Positions 49,801 to 63,503 of a stretch of 64,000 nt of DNA are shown in pieces. The position numbers and the translations under genes are program-made. Below the pieces are notes generated by a model. It was not told where the DNA came from. It did no database searches and worked only from the letters and a program-made list of their open reading frames with translations. The first letter of the stretch is position 1, and every line of letters begins with the position of its first letter. Source of the DNA: Podarcis pityusensis (lineage: Eukaryota); NCBI GenBank assembly GCA_964106645.2, contig OZ067038.1. One strand, 5' to 3'.

Positions 49801-52800
49801 GATAACCCAGATCTTGACCAAGCTCCTTACCTTGACCCATGAGTCCATCTTTGCCATATCGGTCATAGACTTCACGCTTGCTCTCTGAAATCAGAAAGCA
49901 CCTGGGTTAGATAGCTGCCCACAAAAAAGAGGTGAGGCTCAAGCAGACGTGTCTGCCATTGACTTAGTTGGGACACAGTCCCCCCCCCCCCCCGCCACAC
50001 ATGGACTGCGGGGCAGGGAATGTTACTGAGTCCTTGCCTTGTCTACCCAAAGCTAGTCCTGCCTGGGTTAATAATTAGTAGTAATTTGCATAGCATGCTC
50101 AGAAAACATTGCATTATTTCAGAAAAACTTGCAACAACTGTGAAAAGTCAGCCAGCAAAATTGGAATCGTACTACAGCTAGGGGCTGAGAGAGAGAACAG
50201 TTAATGAAACACACCTTCCATTTAGTCTAGTTTAAAAGGCTCTCATTTCAAAGGAAGCCCAATCTTCCTCAAGTAGCCTGTCCTAATGGGCAGTTGTCCC
50301 ACAAGGCTTAGGTGGGTGCTCTCGACTTTACCTCTCAGTTTCTAGTTTCACTATTACAGGGATGGGAAACCTCTTTGGCTCCAGAGGCCAGACATCGGAG
50401 GTTTGGCCACAGGGCCCAATTTGACAGGTGGACAGAACAACTGGCCAGCCAATCACATGACATGATGATGGCATCACATGTCTGACAGGAGGGTGGGGCT
50501 GACACCTGTCAAAATTCTTCCCAGAGCTTTGGGAAAGTCATTCCGCACTTCCCCTTTAAACACAATGTGGGAGGTTTAAAAGAGGAATTGTAGAATTGAG
50601 GTGTTGGAAGGGACGTAGAGGGTCATCTAGTCCAGCCCCCTGCAATGCAGCGATCTCAGCTAAAGCATCCATGACAGATGGCCATCCAACCTCTGCTTTA
50701 AAACTTCCAAGGAAAACAGGAACATGTAGAGACGTGCAACACACCCTTCGAAGCAGCCTTCACCCACTCATTTAAAGGCGTCTCCAAAGGGCACTTTTGC
50801 TACGTCCTTTTATATGCCTTCGCTTGCTAGTGTTCTGCCTCTGCTTGAAAAACATGCCTCTTTTTCTCCCTTCTCTGCTTTGTTTTATTTTGCTAAATAA
50901 AAATGGGGGCTGGGGGGAGGGAGGAACCTCCCACCAGCCCCAGCCTGTCTGGGCTTACAGGAGCTGTTGCCCAACCATATCTTGATGGCCGCAGGTCCCA
51001 CACCTGCACCTTAACCCTGTGAATAAAACTCTTTTCCCTTCTCTTACAAGGAACAGGAAATCTCCTCAGTCTCCAGAAACAGCCCACAACCAGGGCCAAG
51101 ACCCTACATGAACCGAAACAGACTGAGGGAAAGAAAGGGGGAGGAGAGAGTCGATGCTTACTGTCCGATAGCACTTCGTAGGCTTCTGCTATCTCCTTGA
51201 ACTTCTGCTCAGCATGTTCCTTGTTATCTGGGTTTTTATCCGGATGCCACTGCAAGGCTTTCTTCCTGTACCTGTTTGACAAGACAACCATGATAGCTTG
51301 GTTGGTGTATATTCTTACGGTATAGGCCCTGTCAAGAACCAAGCCCACAGACAACTTCTCTCTCTCCCACCCCCCACCCCGGGTCACATACTGGCCTACA
51401 CATTCACCCCCTTGTAGTTAGCAGCAACCCTACACACACCCCTTTCTGCTTATGTGGACATTCTGCTTCTGTGGGAAGGGAGTTTCAACACGTGGGACTA
51501 ATGATCCTCATTTGCTTCCAGGTGAAACCAGACTTCTCTCTCTTCCCACAGGAGCTGATAGCAGCTGGTGGCCATAGCAGATGAAGCTCCAGCTCAACCA
51601 AGAGTGGTCATCGGTCATTGTTCTGCCATCTGTCCTCCACGAGGGGGCACTTCACTCCCACAGTAGCACAAAACCCACAAAATTAAAAGTAAAAGCCAAT
51701 TTACCGTTCCTTGGCTTTTCAAAGGAAAGTAGATTGCTGCACTTCCAAAACAGGATCCGCAGAGTCTCTTTCACAAAGGAAGAGCAGACAACAAGCCTGG
51801 AGATTTGCTCACCTGATAATTTGCTTCAAACCCTTGCTGAGGAACAAGGGTTTCTACAATACCTCTCTCCTGTTACAGGTGTGCTGCTACCTTAGAGCAC
51901 CTCCAGCCTGCGCTAACACAAGGAGCAGAGTGGAGGCATTCCCCTAAGGGGAAATTTTGGGCCAAAAGGCTCTTGAATCCTACAGCTTTCATTATACTGC
52001 AGTGCCACAAAGATCTCCTGGCACAGCACTAAGTGTCGACACGTTCTCCCTCCGTTCATTCTTGTGCAAGGGGGCACACCCAAGTTGTCCTCCTCTGGAG
52101 TGCAGACCTCCCTGTGCCCATTCCAAAAACAAAAGCAGCCCTGCAAACAGCCCATCCCTCTCCCATTCAATTATCTTTCTGTAAGGTGGGTTAAAAACAA
52201 TAGTTTTGCATGAAAATGGCTATTCTGGTTTTTTTTACGTTTTACTGCTAGTAGATTTCTCATTTAAAAATCAAATCAAATCTGAATCTTCACACAAGCT
52301 GCACAAGCAAAAGTTTTGGATCAGCCTCGTTGGATCAAACTCCAAGGCACTATTTAATAGCACATCAACATGCTTTAACGGATATGGCAACCAATCAGCA
52401 TGTGCTTTGGTTTTTGGAAAATATACAAAACGTAGTTTGGAAACTGAATTTAAATACTTATGTTGATCTGTTCTCTTGGCAATCTAAAGCCTCCTTTTTA
52501 TATGCTATAGTATTCCTGCAGGCAGAAAGTTTGTGAACGTTAATTAGGCAGTGGAGGGAAATCAGACAAACATAATATATGTCAGCCCTCAATTGAGGAG
52601 TCGCAAGAAAAGTGAATTTTCAGTATCTGGCAACTAAGTACCTGCATAACAGCCCCAAGAGCTAGAACAGAGTCTCAGATCAAGTACATTCGACCTGAAA
52701 CTAGTAGCTACCAGGTTCTCCACAGGAAAACTAGGAGCTCAAGTGGAACCAAAAGATGGAAGCAGAAAGGAAAAAACCCAAAGCACTGGGAAAATGCAGT

Positions 52801-53125
52801 GTCCAAGGCTAATCAGAGTCCAAGGCAAAGTTGGCAATACAACTTACTGCCACAAAACCACCCTGTATCCCCTAACACTGGGAAACACAGAGTTCTGAGA
52901 GCTCATTATTCTTGTCACAAACCTAAACAGGCTGCCCTCCACTAAACTGTGGCCAGGTACACTGTGCCCCCACTTCCACATCTCACAGTCACACTCATAA
53001 CCACCACACCAGGACTAGCAGTCAGTAGCCTGAGTCAGAAATGGAGAGAATGCAACTTACGCCTTTTTGATGTCATCCGGTGAAGCACCATGGGGCACCC
53101 CCAGCACTTCATAGTAATCCACCAT
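40134..53125 (-). CDS. DNAJB2: DnaJ homolog subfamily B member 2 (HSJ1), coding span; long isoform 348 aa (ends CSLL), short isoform 283 aa (ends GVF)
   Basis: J domain with HPD, G/F region, S/T region, two UIMs ([12 protein letters not shown]; [16 protein letters not shown]); all exons join in frame; convergent with PTPRN as in human. Confidence 0.95.
41463..41604 (-). mobile_element. tRNA-Lys(CTT)-derived SINE with CR1-like tail
   Basis: Head TAGCTCAGTTGGTAGAGCATGAGACTCTTAATCTCAGGGTCGTGG; tail shared with the CR1-like fragment at about 50585; partial copy at about 26935-27030. Confidence 0.85.
43909..44050. other. Assembly gap (142 N)
   Basis: Run of n. Confidence 1.
44506..44948 (-). CDS. 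DNAJB2: DNAJB2 UIM exon; read-through gives the CAAX (HSJ1b-type) end; internal donor at 44711
   Basis: [15 protein letters not shown]...[22 protein letters not shown]|G...[12 protein letters not shown]. Confidence 0.95.
45983..46053 (-). CDS. DNAJB2: DNAJB2 exon
   Basis: [23 protein letters not shown](G). Confidence 0.95.
46806..46848. repeat. Compound (CT)n(CA)n microsatellite
   Basis: Direct reading. Confidence 0.9.
47129..47234 (-). CDS. DNAJB2: DNAJB2 exon
   Basis: [36 protein letters not shown]. Confidence 0.93.
47551..47631 (-). CDS. DNAJB2: DNAJB2 exon
   Basis: [27 protein letters not shown]; AG/GT, phase 1/1. Confidence 0.88.
48756..48872 (-). CDS. DNAJB2: DNAJB2 G/F-rich exon
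   Basis: [39 protein letters not shown]. Confidence 0.94.
49831..49884 (-). CDS. DNAJB2: DNAJB2 exon
   Basis: [18 protein letters not shown](G). Confidence 0.94.
50582..50770 (-). mobile_element. CR1-like LINE 3' fragment
   Basis: ...TTGGAAGGGAC...GGTCATCTAGTCCAGCCCCCTGCAATGCAG...CCATCCAACCTCTGCTTTAAAACTTCCAA, typical of a CR1 3' end read in antisense. Confidence 0.7.
51162..51271 (-). CDS. DNAJB2: DNAJB2 J-domain exon
   Basis: [36 protein letters not shown]. Confidence 0.96.
53061..53125 (-). CDS. DNAJB2: DNAJB2 first coding exon (exon spans 53061-53152)
   Basis: accATGg; [21 protein letters not shown](A); donor gtaag. Confidence 0.94.
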
Positions 53126-53359
53126 GGTGCCCAAATGTGCTATGCAGCAAACCTAGAGTAAGAGGGAAAGGTTAGTATAGCACACCTCTGTTGAGCATTA
53201 CCCAAGCTAACACCATCCAAATTAAAATAGCCCTCCCACCCACCCTTTATCGCCGGAATGGTTGTGTCAAGAGTCTTGTAGTAACACATGAAAAGGGTTC
53301 ACGGATACAACTAGACCCAGATCTTTGCCGTTCCTGAGTCCTTAAAGCAACTGGTACAA

Positions 53360-53959
<600 letters not shown>

Positions 53960-55973
53960 GCCTGTAGTAGGGAAGGGTGCACAACTCTAATGTGAGAAAA
54001 ACAGAATCCATCAGGCGTAGCCAACCAAGGATTGGCCATCAGCTGCTCTGGCAAAGTCAGGTATGTCTGGAAAAGGGACTCCTGTGAGCTGCCAGAAAAC
54101 ACCACAACCCAACAGTGTCCTCCTCCTTTCCAAGCTGCTTCACACACGATGGACATTAGTTGATTCACAGCTATTTTGATCATGTCTAACCGTGATGTTC
54201 CCAATGCCAAGAGAACCATACTTTCTTCTCCTACACACACCTTGACTATACACACCATAAGAAATCAGTGCTTATAAAAAACAAACAAACAAACCACCCA
54301 AGCCTAGACAAATGGATAAAAAGCAACAGGTGTGACTTTCACACATTCTAAGGAAAATAATAAGGGACGTGAAAGATCCACATATGTGCTTGCTATGTTT
54401 GCACTGTAAATAAATGTCCAGTCATTTAAAGAGAAGGAAGAGGGATCTAAAAAGTGCATAGATAGAGATGTGAACATCCAGGGAGGGTGGGAATGCCTTC
54501 TCATCTCTCTCTCTCTCTCTCTCTAACACTGGGGTGTGGGCAGGGAAGCTCCTATGCAATAGTTTCATTTTTTGAATGAGTGAAATGCTTAAGCTTCTAC
54601 CGACTCAAAACGTGTATTGTAAAGATTTCTATGTAGGACAATCTACATCATTAGAGAATGAGGTGTATGCTTTGGATGTATGCAACACTCAGATACAAGC
54701 TGCATTTCCACACCTAGAGGCTGCTGTCATCTTTTATGAAAGGGCCTTCCCTGCTGGTGAATTGCTGCTAATCTTTTGGTGACATCTGATCTAGTTTGGA
54801 GAAACTAGAAGCAACTAGCCTATGTGTACTGTCCTTTTGACCTGGTCCCAATCTTCTAACTGTGCCACAGACTTCCAGCTACAGATGTAATAGTGCAAAC
54901 CTTTGCATATCTACTCAAACATACGTACCATTGTTTAAAGAGACTTACTTCCACGTAAATGCAAACAGGAATCCAGCCTAACGTTTTTGAAGCTGCAATC
55001 CTAAGTGAATAAACTAGACTAAACTAGAGTAGGCATTATGAAATATGCATAAGATTCCTCAGTACCTTTCATAAATATGTCAAATAGTGAAATTTTGTAT
55101 GCAAAGTTATTAAATCACGTATTTTATGTTGCAAAAGCAGTAAAACACATTTCAGCTTGAGAAGGTATTGCATATTTTCCCTGAAAGTGGAAGTAAAAAC
55201 TAGATTGTCTGGAAGACTTATTCTCATACCAAATGCCTCTCTTTATCTTTCACATTTACAACAAAAACTGTAAGAGAAGCTTAATGGTCACAAAAGAAAC
55301 TGCTCTTTGTGGCATAGAGTTGCAACCTGGGTAGTCTGAAATGCAGTGTGAACTTAGAAGTCAGTCCCACTGGGTTCAATAAGGGTTACTTCTTAGTAAG
55401 TTTATTTAGGGTTGTAGCTGCAATTTTTTTTATCATCTTACTAGATTAGGGGTAGTATTCAACCAGTGCATCCTGTCAGCACCACGATTTCTGCTTGGGC
55501 AAGAGGACTCCTCCTGCCCTGTGTCCTCTTTTAATCTGCTCCAGAGCATTGAGGGAACCCCTAAAAGAGATTTAGAGGGCATGTGGGGGCAGGGAGAAGA
55601 TGGGGGAGATCTGCTAAGCAAAGAGAAATCCTTGCACTTACAGAATGAGCGATGTAGCACTACGATGACTTCCACTCAAAGCTCTGAACAGCTTTAGATG
55701 TGCATACAGTTAGCTTTTTTCCCAGCCCATGAAGTGCTTCATAAGGATTTATTTATTTTTTAAAAAATAAAATAGCTCAAATAACCAGAGCACACATTAT
55801 GGGCTGTATTCAGCAGTGCCCCGTTAAGAGATTACAACTGCAATCCTATGCACAACTTCCCTGGGAGTAATCCCTGCCTGACACAGTGGCAGTTCTGAGA
55901 AACAGGTTTAAGATTACTCTTTGAATATGCAATCCTACGCATGCCTGTTAAGCATTGAGTTCAGTGGAACTTC

Positions 55974-56524
55974 TTGTTGTTGTTGTTTAGTCATTTAGTC
56001 GTGTCCGACTCTTCGTGACCCCATGGACCAGAGCACGCCAGGCACCTCTGTCCTCCACTGCCTCCCGCAGTTTGGTAAAACTCATGCTGGTAGCTTCGAG
56101 AACACTATCCAACCATCTCGTCCTCTGTCGTCCCCTTCTCCTTGTGCCCTCCATCTTTCCCAACATCAGGGTCTTTTCCAGGGAGTCTTCTCTTCTCATG
56201 AGGTGGCCAAAGTATTGGAGCCTCAGCTTCACGATCTGTCCTTCCAGTGTGCACTCAGGGCTGATTTTCTTAAGAATGGATACGTTTGATCTTCTTGCAG
56301 TCCATGGGACTCTCAAGAGTCTCCTCCAGCACCATAATTCAAAAGCATCAATTCTTTAGGAATCAGCCTTCTTTATGGTCCAGCTCTCACTTCCATACAT
56401 CACTACTGGGAAAACCATAGCTTTAACTATACGGAGCTTTGTTGGCAAGGTGATGTCTCTGCTTTTTAAGATGCTGTCTAGGTTAGTCATTGCTTTCTCC
56501 CAAGAAGCAGGCGTCTTTTAATTT
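55974..56524 (-). mobile_element. BovB (RTE-clade) LINE, 5'-truncated 3' fragment
   Basis: ORF end RVPWTARRSN.SILK.ISPEC.LEG...LQYFGHLMRR.DSLEKTLMLGK...HGVTKSRTRLND; (CAA)n tail; upstream stop and 1-nt frameshift. Confidence 0.95.
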
Positions 56525-58949
56525 ACTCTAAAATAAATGGATTGCAGCTGCAATCTTATATATATGCTTACATGAGAGTACCACAGATGATCTTACTTCC
56601 ATGGAAACATGCACAGGCTTATGCTGCAAGTGTGTATCTGATGAAACTATCTGCGGAAAACTCTTCATAAGTCCAAAAATGGGACAAAGCCACCACAAGG
56701 ATAAATCAGGCAGGTCCCAATCTCATGCATCTTCCTACGACTATCTGCCTGGATCTGAGCAGTATGGGGTGCCACCTCTACTCTGTGCTTATCACGGTGT
56801 CCCAAGGTGCTGCTAATAGGGACTGGTGGCCTTATGAAGGGGCAGAGAATAACGTGGGAGGTACAAGCCTCCTGTTGTCTGACTAAAGAAGCCTGACTTC
56901 AGCAGACATGGTCCACACATTTCCCAGCTTGGATCTATAATTGCCATGACCTAGTGCTGCTGCTTTCGAAACAACTACTCTGCATAAACACTAGTTGGAA
57001 GGGTGACACTCCCTCTCACTGAAATGTCTCTTCTTCCAGGATGGACAGAAGGAAAGACATCTGGTTTTACAGGAATCACCTTAGGATGCTTATTGCTAAA
57101 CCCATTCACGCATGCAAGCAGAATAGGGTGGTGCTTGAAAGAAAGCTTCTGAATGGCCCCTGCTTGGTTGCATCAGGATTTAAGGGAAGTTGTTCCAATT
57201 CCAAAACTCCGCCTACAAAACTTCAAGTGCATAGCAGTCCTGGCCCATGCCTCCTGAAGCCCAGACAGGTTTAGCAGCCCATGCTACTAAACTGTCTGCT
57301 GGTTGGAGCCTTAGGCCAGATTCATATATGAAGAGTACTGCTTAAAACACAAGAAATGTTGCTTGTCTCCATATAGGAAGCTGCTTGGGTTATGTCAACC
57401 ACAGACTGAGGATGAAATTGCCTCCAGCCAGCAAAGAGCTGCTTTGCAACCTAAAAGACCCATGGTGTGGAGATACAACCACAACACCACACTGCTGCTT
57501 GCACCATGGTTTTGGATCATCAAGCAAAGTGGGGGGGGGGGATCTGTGAGCCTCCAGATACCCCCAATGTCTATAATCCCTGACCATCCCTTGCCATGGA
57601 ACCTATGGATCCGGGATCCATAGGGAATCTCTCCTACCCAAAGACAACACTGAACAAGCACCTAAGCTGACCCAAGCCCAGTGCACCCAAAAGGATACTA
57701 CTGGCCCATTGCCTTCCTCATTAAGTATCTTTATGCATTAAGCGGTTTAGTGGCCATTAAGTTTTTAAGAGATTAGGAGGCTGCGGGAGGAGCAAGAATA
57801 GCTACAGCGACAACACTAAGGCAGGAAAACGACCGAGGAGGGTTTTCCGTCTCACAGTGTTGCAGCCCAGTTCTGAAGCTCAGCTTTGCCTGCTGACCTG
57901 CAGATCGTTGCTTACCTGTCTGGAGCATATAAATGGATGCTCGGGCATTTAACTCACAAGAACTCCTGCAGGCTAGTTGCTATATGAATGATAAGAAATG
58001 AAATCACAACCCCATACTCTTTGCAGTTACAATGCAAAGATGTTCACTCTGTGGGATTGTTTGTTTTTTAATGCTGATACTCATCAGCGCTGACCTCCTT
58101 TGAGCTCTTCAGTCTTGGGTTTTCAATTTATCAGATTCATGATACACCACTTCCTGTTGCCATTTCCTTTGTGGATCATCCACTCTTCTGTCAACGTGTC
58201 CGCCAAAATATAAACAAAATTGGAAGCTGGTGTGGAGATGACAGTGTGCCCCTTCACTTGCTATCCTCATCTGAGCTGGGTTCTGCCTAAACTCTCTGAC
58301 AGGGGTACCTTCCTTACCTCTACTTTGCTGGAGTAGAAGAGGCAGAGAAGGCTTTTGCAATAGGGTGATTGGGTGGTTTTCTTTTCTCCTCCTCTGGGAA
58401 AGAAGCAGAAAGACTCCACCTTAACATTGTTACACTAACCCCATTTCCACATTAAAAATATTTCCCTTCAGCCCCCCCCCCCCCAAGTTATGCAGAGACA
58501 TTCCATTTGAGGTCACCCTCTGTCAAGAATGACTTTCCAACACCACCCTAAAATATGCAAACCAATACTAAGTAATATTAAGAACTCCGAGATCAGGGAG
58601 ATGGGTTTCCAGGTCAAAGTATTTGACTTGAGACACTCTTCAGAACCTCATTAAGTTCCCTTCCTCAGGGGGGGGGGGGAAAGGGCACCTTCCTACACCT
58701 TTCATTTCATTTGGCTTTTTTATGGCACCAGCTCATTTCTTCAAAAGTTGCCTGAACTTAATATTCTCTTTCCCGCCTCACCTAGTGCACATTTGTGTTT
58801 GAATCAAATTAAATCTGAATAAAATCGTCACCAACTCCCTGCCTTTGCTCATCCTATCAAGCTGATCTTTTAAAACAACAACTCTTCCTCTACGGAGCTT
58901 CCACCGCCCCTTCCCATTTATCTCAATCCGCTGGCAGAATCCTACAATT

Positions 58950-60480
58950 TTGTTTGCAGCAGCCTGCAATCAGGGGCAGGCCTTCTCCCGAGTTCTCCTA
59001 GAAAGCGTGAGTGCTTTTGTTGCCGTTTCCTGGCGAAAATGCTTATTTGTCCCTCTCGGGGCTGGCTCTGGGCCCTCGCCTCTCCCTTTGTTTTGCGGTG
59101 CGCCACCGGATCAACAACAAGCACAACATCCGGCCGGTGCGAGGGACCGATCGCGTTTCAGCTTCTCGACTGTTCTAACAGCGCCTTTCCCCATAGCACC
59201 CATTTTCCTGCCGGCAGGAAAAAACAACCGACACGCATTCCGTGCAGGGCAGCACCGGCGGGTTGCAAACGCCTCTTTTTCTGATGGCATTTTGGGTGGG
59301 GAAGAAACAGGCATGCTAAAACTACCCACAGCCTCCCGGATCTTAAACCCTATTTTTGGACAGCGCGTTAGTTACTGCGGAACGAAACTCAGCTGCTCTC
59401 TCCGCGTAACGTACGTACACATACACACACGCAACGCCCACCCGACACAAGAGCGTGACTTGAAAGCGGGGAGACCAGGGGTGGATACCACCCTTTGACC
59501 CTTCAGTCCTGCTAGATGCGGGGACGACAGGGTGATAGCAAAGGACCGAAATTGTTGTTTTTATTTATTATTCGTTGAATTTATATACCGCCCTTCGCCC
59601 GACGATCACAAGTGCGGTTTACAGTGCAAAGACACGAAATAGGAAAAACAATACCCTCCCACCCCCCCTATAGGGGTAAAGCGGTTTTTAAATCGTATTG
59701 ACAGCAAGCGCAACTTCGAAACACTTCTGCTTGTCAGAGCTGCTAGAGCCTCGTCGGTGGGTCGGCAGACAGCCTCTCTCAGGGGATCTGCCAGCTGCTC
59801 CACATTCCTATCCCGGGGATCCTAGAAGAGATTTGCATCTCCAGATCGCTTCATGCGGCCGCTCTCCCCTGGCCGTCATCGCTTTTGTTTTATTGCAATG
59901 GCACCCGATGCTCCGAGAAACAAGCGGGCAGCAGGCAAGCCAGCAAGCAATCGTACCTCAGCGCTGGAGGAGGCTCCGTCCGGACTGCACCATGCTCCGC
60001 AACTCCGCAGCCCCGCTCGCTTGGGACGCGAGTTTTTCGCCGCTCTCGCCTCCTGCTGCGGCTGTCAAGGGAAGAGCGGAGGAGGGCCCCGGCCTGCAAG
60101 CCCCAGCTCGGCCCCGGGGACTGGCGCCGGCGCCGGCCAATGGAACGCGCGGCTCCATTGTGACGTCGAACCCTGCACTCTGAACCGGTGAGGTAAGGCG
60201 AGGAGGCCGCGGCCAACAGCTGCTCGGGGCTCCGGTGGAATTCTCTGGAGCGCGCTTGCCACGGGCGGTGCGTGGAGCCCCCTCCCGGCCCCACGCGGAT
60301 GTGCGCTACGACTCCGGTACGTCGGCGGAACCCCTTGCGCAGCCGGGGAAGCTGCCCCCCTTTTGTGGGTGGAAACATCTCGCAGCATCTCAGGCTGCAA
60401 CGCGTGCAGGACGCGCTCTTACCTGGGAGTAAGGCTCGTCGAACTCGCTGGGGCTGACTTCAGAGTAGACACGTCTAGGG
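58950..60480 (-). promoter_or_regulatory. CpG island / DNAJB2 promoter
   Basis: Dense CpG, GC-rich, CCAAT and CRE-like motifs; boundaries approximate. Confidence 0.8.
59957..60060 (-). other. DNAJB2: Probable non-coding exon 1 of DNAJB2 (5' end approximate)
   Basis: Donor GAG|gtacga on - inside the CpG island, downstream of CCAAT (60137) and CRE-like TGACGTCG (60161). Confidence 0.45.
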
Positions 60481-60577
60481 TTACACTGTCAGGCAACCCT
60501 GGGTCTCAGGTTGCAACTTTTCTCTCTGAACCTGATACTCAGTGCTATATGGATTTCATTCCCACTAGTGTTTGGTT

Positions 60578-60587
60578 AATAATAATA

Positions 60588-60628
<41 letters not shown>
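60578..60628. repeat. (AAT)n/(TTA)n microsatellite
   Basis: Direct reading. Confidence 0.9.
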
Positions 60629-60630
<2 letters not shown>

Positions 60631-63503
60631 CTTCTGTACTAGTGCCACATTACCATTCCTCTCTGCATAAAGGGTAGCAGACTGTTAAGTATTTTATTTT
60701 TCTAAACAACAAAAATACCCATGAAAAGAAAAACAGGTTTAACAGCAAAATAATATAAATACAACACAAGCAGCTTTCAATGATCAAGTCAAAAGATTAA
60801 AAACAAATCATGAGTAAATGAACTGGGTGCAATTGTGAAATTATAGAATTGTAAAATTATAGATGATGTATAAAAACACAAGTTACCTCACACAACATAG
60901 GAAATGGGGGAGGGGTCTTGCCTGTTTACAGACACCTGCAAACACAAAGTTTTCCTTCTCCAGAGGAGAGGAAAGCAATATGTTTGGCACCAGCTTGGCT
61001 GCGGGAGTTGCCAGGAGGAGGTGTACAAGACACCATCCAACAGCCTTAGGGACTCCGGATTTGTGTAGGGTTTACCCCTTAGCCTTTTCTTGTCCCAAAG
61101 ATGTCCCACAAGGCAGCCTCATAAAGAGCCTAGTAAAGGTAATTGCCCTAATATGGATGTTCCATGGGGGAGAATGATAATCTCCAGATGTGTCTTACAC
61201 TATAAATTTCTTGTTTTAGAAAGTAAGGACTTGTGTGAAATGGTGTGTGAGGGAGGTGAGGTGGGTAGTTGGCTGCAAGCTCTGCCAACATTAGCACAAC
61301 ATGGAGGCAGCAGGTCAGCTGAGAAAATACCAGAACATAGATTGTTGTTATAAACTGGTGGGTGGTAGCGGTAGCACAACTGAGACATGATGTAGCAATT
61401 TAGAACAGGCAGGGTGGATGGCAGAAGCCAGCTGCAGTGACTCAGCATTAGGGGAATATTGCTGCTATAGAAGCTTGTCAGCCAGGTCTCCACCAGGATC
61501 CTAAAGCCTGAGACTCAAGAGGTGGGTCTTGGTAATGTCACAGGGTTACCTAGTCTTCAAAAACAACAATAAGAATCTGATAATTGGCTTGGGCCTGGGT
61601 GCATGGCCACAGAATGAAAGGGTGGAATTTGGCAGCAAAGGAGCTAGAGATGTGACAGATCAGAAAAAGGGGGGCAGGCGAATAAGGAAACACTTTGTTT
61701 TGCAATGGGGGATGAGAGAGGGAGAATGGAAAACCTCTTATGAATGATGAGTAAGAAACCTTTTATAACACTATCCGTCAATTCCATATGCTTCTCAGCT
61801 AGTCCTGTGTGCTGTTTGTAACTGGTGGTGCTAGATACATAAATCACATGAGTAATAGTTACCACAGACAGGCATTTGCTAGCTAGTTAACACACAAAGA
61901 AGAAACCACCCTGGCAGAAGGCCTTGATGCCAATTCCCCAGTGTGTGTTACTCACCCCCAGTGGAGGGAAGCCACAAAAAGGAGTGCTTTCCTGGTGAAC
62001 ACCCAAAGTCATAAGATGCATGGGGAATTCCATGTTCTTACAGTAATCCAGAAAAATTGGTAAGGCTGTGCATCAAATCAATAGGACAGTGTCAGGGTAG
62101 AGGCTTAAACCATCCTGACCTGTTGTTTTTTTTTTATTGCTTATGCTTAATGCTTAGCAATGCTAAATTGGTTTATATTTTAAAAATTTGCATATGCTAA
62201 TCGGTTGTTGTCTTTCTCTGTGTGAGAGAGAATAGTGGTCAATGTAGAGAGACTGCAACAGTGTCATTACCTGGCAAGTCTGCATATGTTTTTGCAAAGG
62301 GTAGAAACTTGCTTATTTTAAAAAACAAATGAAATGGGGGGTGGGGGGTGACAGGGTGTCTTAAGGTGCTATGGGAGGGACCAGCATCTGTTCTTGGTGC
62401 CATGTTCCTAACTTTGTGGTGAGGGCCTAACAGTTTATATATTTATAAAAGCAGCACCCCATCAGGGCCTATGCAGTGGTATATTAATCTGTGTGGATGT
62501 CCTGCTTCTAAGAACTGCCTCCAGGTTCCTCACCCTACTAGCATACACCTTTTCTAGGTGCCATTATCTTCACTCAAGGGTATGATGCGGAGAAGGTGTT
62601 AACCACAACTCGTTCAACAGGTTGATCTTTTGCTGACATGATGCACCAGCCATCTTGTATGCATCTGCTGGGACAGCCTTTCTCAGTGTCTGCAGGCAGT
62701 GATGGAAAGGTGATTGGCATCTCTACATGTGCAAAGCAGCTGCCTTGCTACTGAATCTTTGTAACCTGCTCCCATGCATCTGGACTAGAGGGTGCAGCTT
62801 TCAGCTAGGCTTGAACATCTCCCTTCCTCACTAAGAACACTGAATAGTAAGTGAGCTGTAGGGTAGAAGGCTGCCCTTTCTTCAACAAGACAGGATTTTG
62901 GTCCCTTCTAGCTCTTCGTAATTTTACAAGCCAGTAATATGGTGGCAGGGCAGGAGAAGAGGACAAATCCTAGAGATGATCCATTTATCAGGCAACCACA
63001 GCTGTTTGAAGCTCCTCCACTCTTTTCTGGTTTGACTGGTTCTCCTCACCAACACACTTTCAATTAGGCTGCACCCAGAAAAACCAAGTTCTGACATCAG
63101 AATAAATTATTTGGCACTGGTAGGATGCCTCAAAGTGGTCACTTGACATCATAATGACTGACTCAATTATTTATTATTTGTACCCTACCCTTCATTCCCA
63201 AGGAGCCCAGGGCTCAAAGCTGGTCTGTGGGGAAGTAAGGATCCATTCTACCAGCTAGATCTAATTCCCCATGCCTGAATTATGCAAATAAAGTGCACGT
63301 AGTAAAATCATTAATGTTTTCATGATACACTGCTTTCTTAAAAGATTTTTTTTAAAAAAAATGTGATACGTAAATGGTTTTAAATAAAATAAGTGCACAC
63401 CTCTGTTCAGGCAGAGCCAGACGGTTCCTGGGCTGGGGTACCCTGCATGCCCCCCTCTCAGGGGAATAATGCCACTGTGGAGACCAACAGCCAGGCTGTG
63501 ACC

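Noticed and set aside
40134-53125. Calling the gene DNAJB6 because it starts [10 protein letters not shown]
   Set aside because: Two UIMs, CAAX/short isoform pair and position next to PTPRN are DNAJB2 features
55987-56316. 109-aa ORF as a host gene
   Set aside because: C-terminus of the BovB ORF; truncated, with an upstream stop and frameshift
60236-60252. Heat-shock element in the DNAJB2 promoter
   Set aside because: GGAATTCTCTGGAG does not give three correctly spaced nGAAn units
60363-60677. ORF with poly-Ile/poly-Tyr
   Set aside because: Translation of an (AAT)/(TAT) microsatellite
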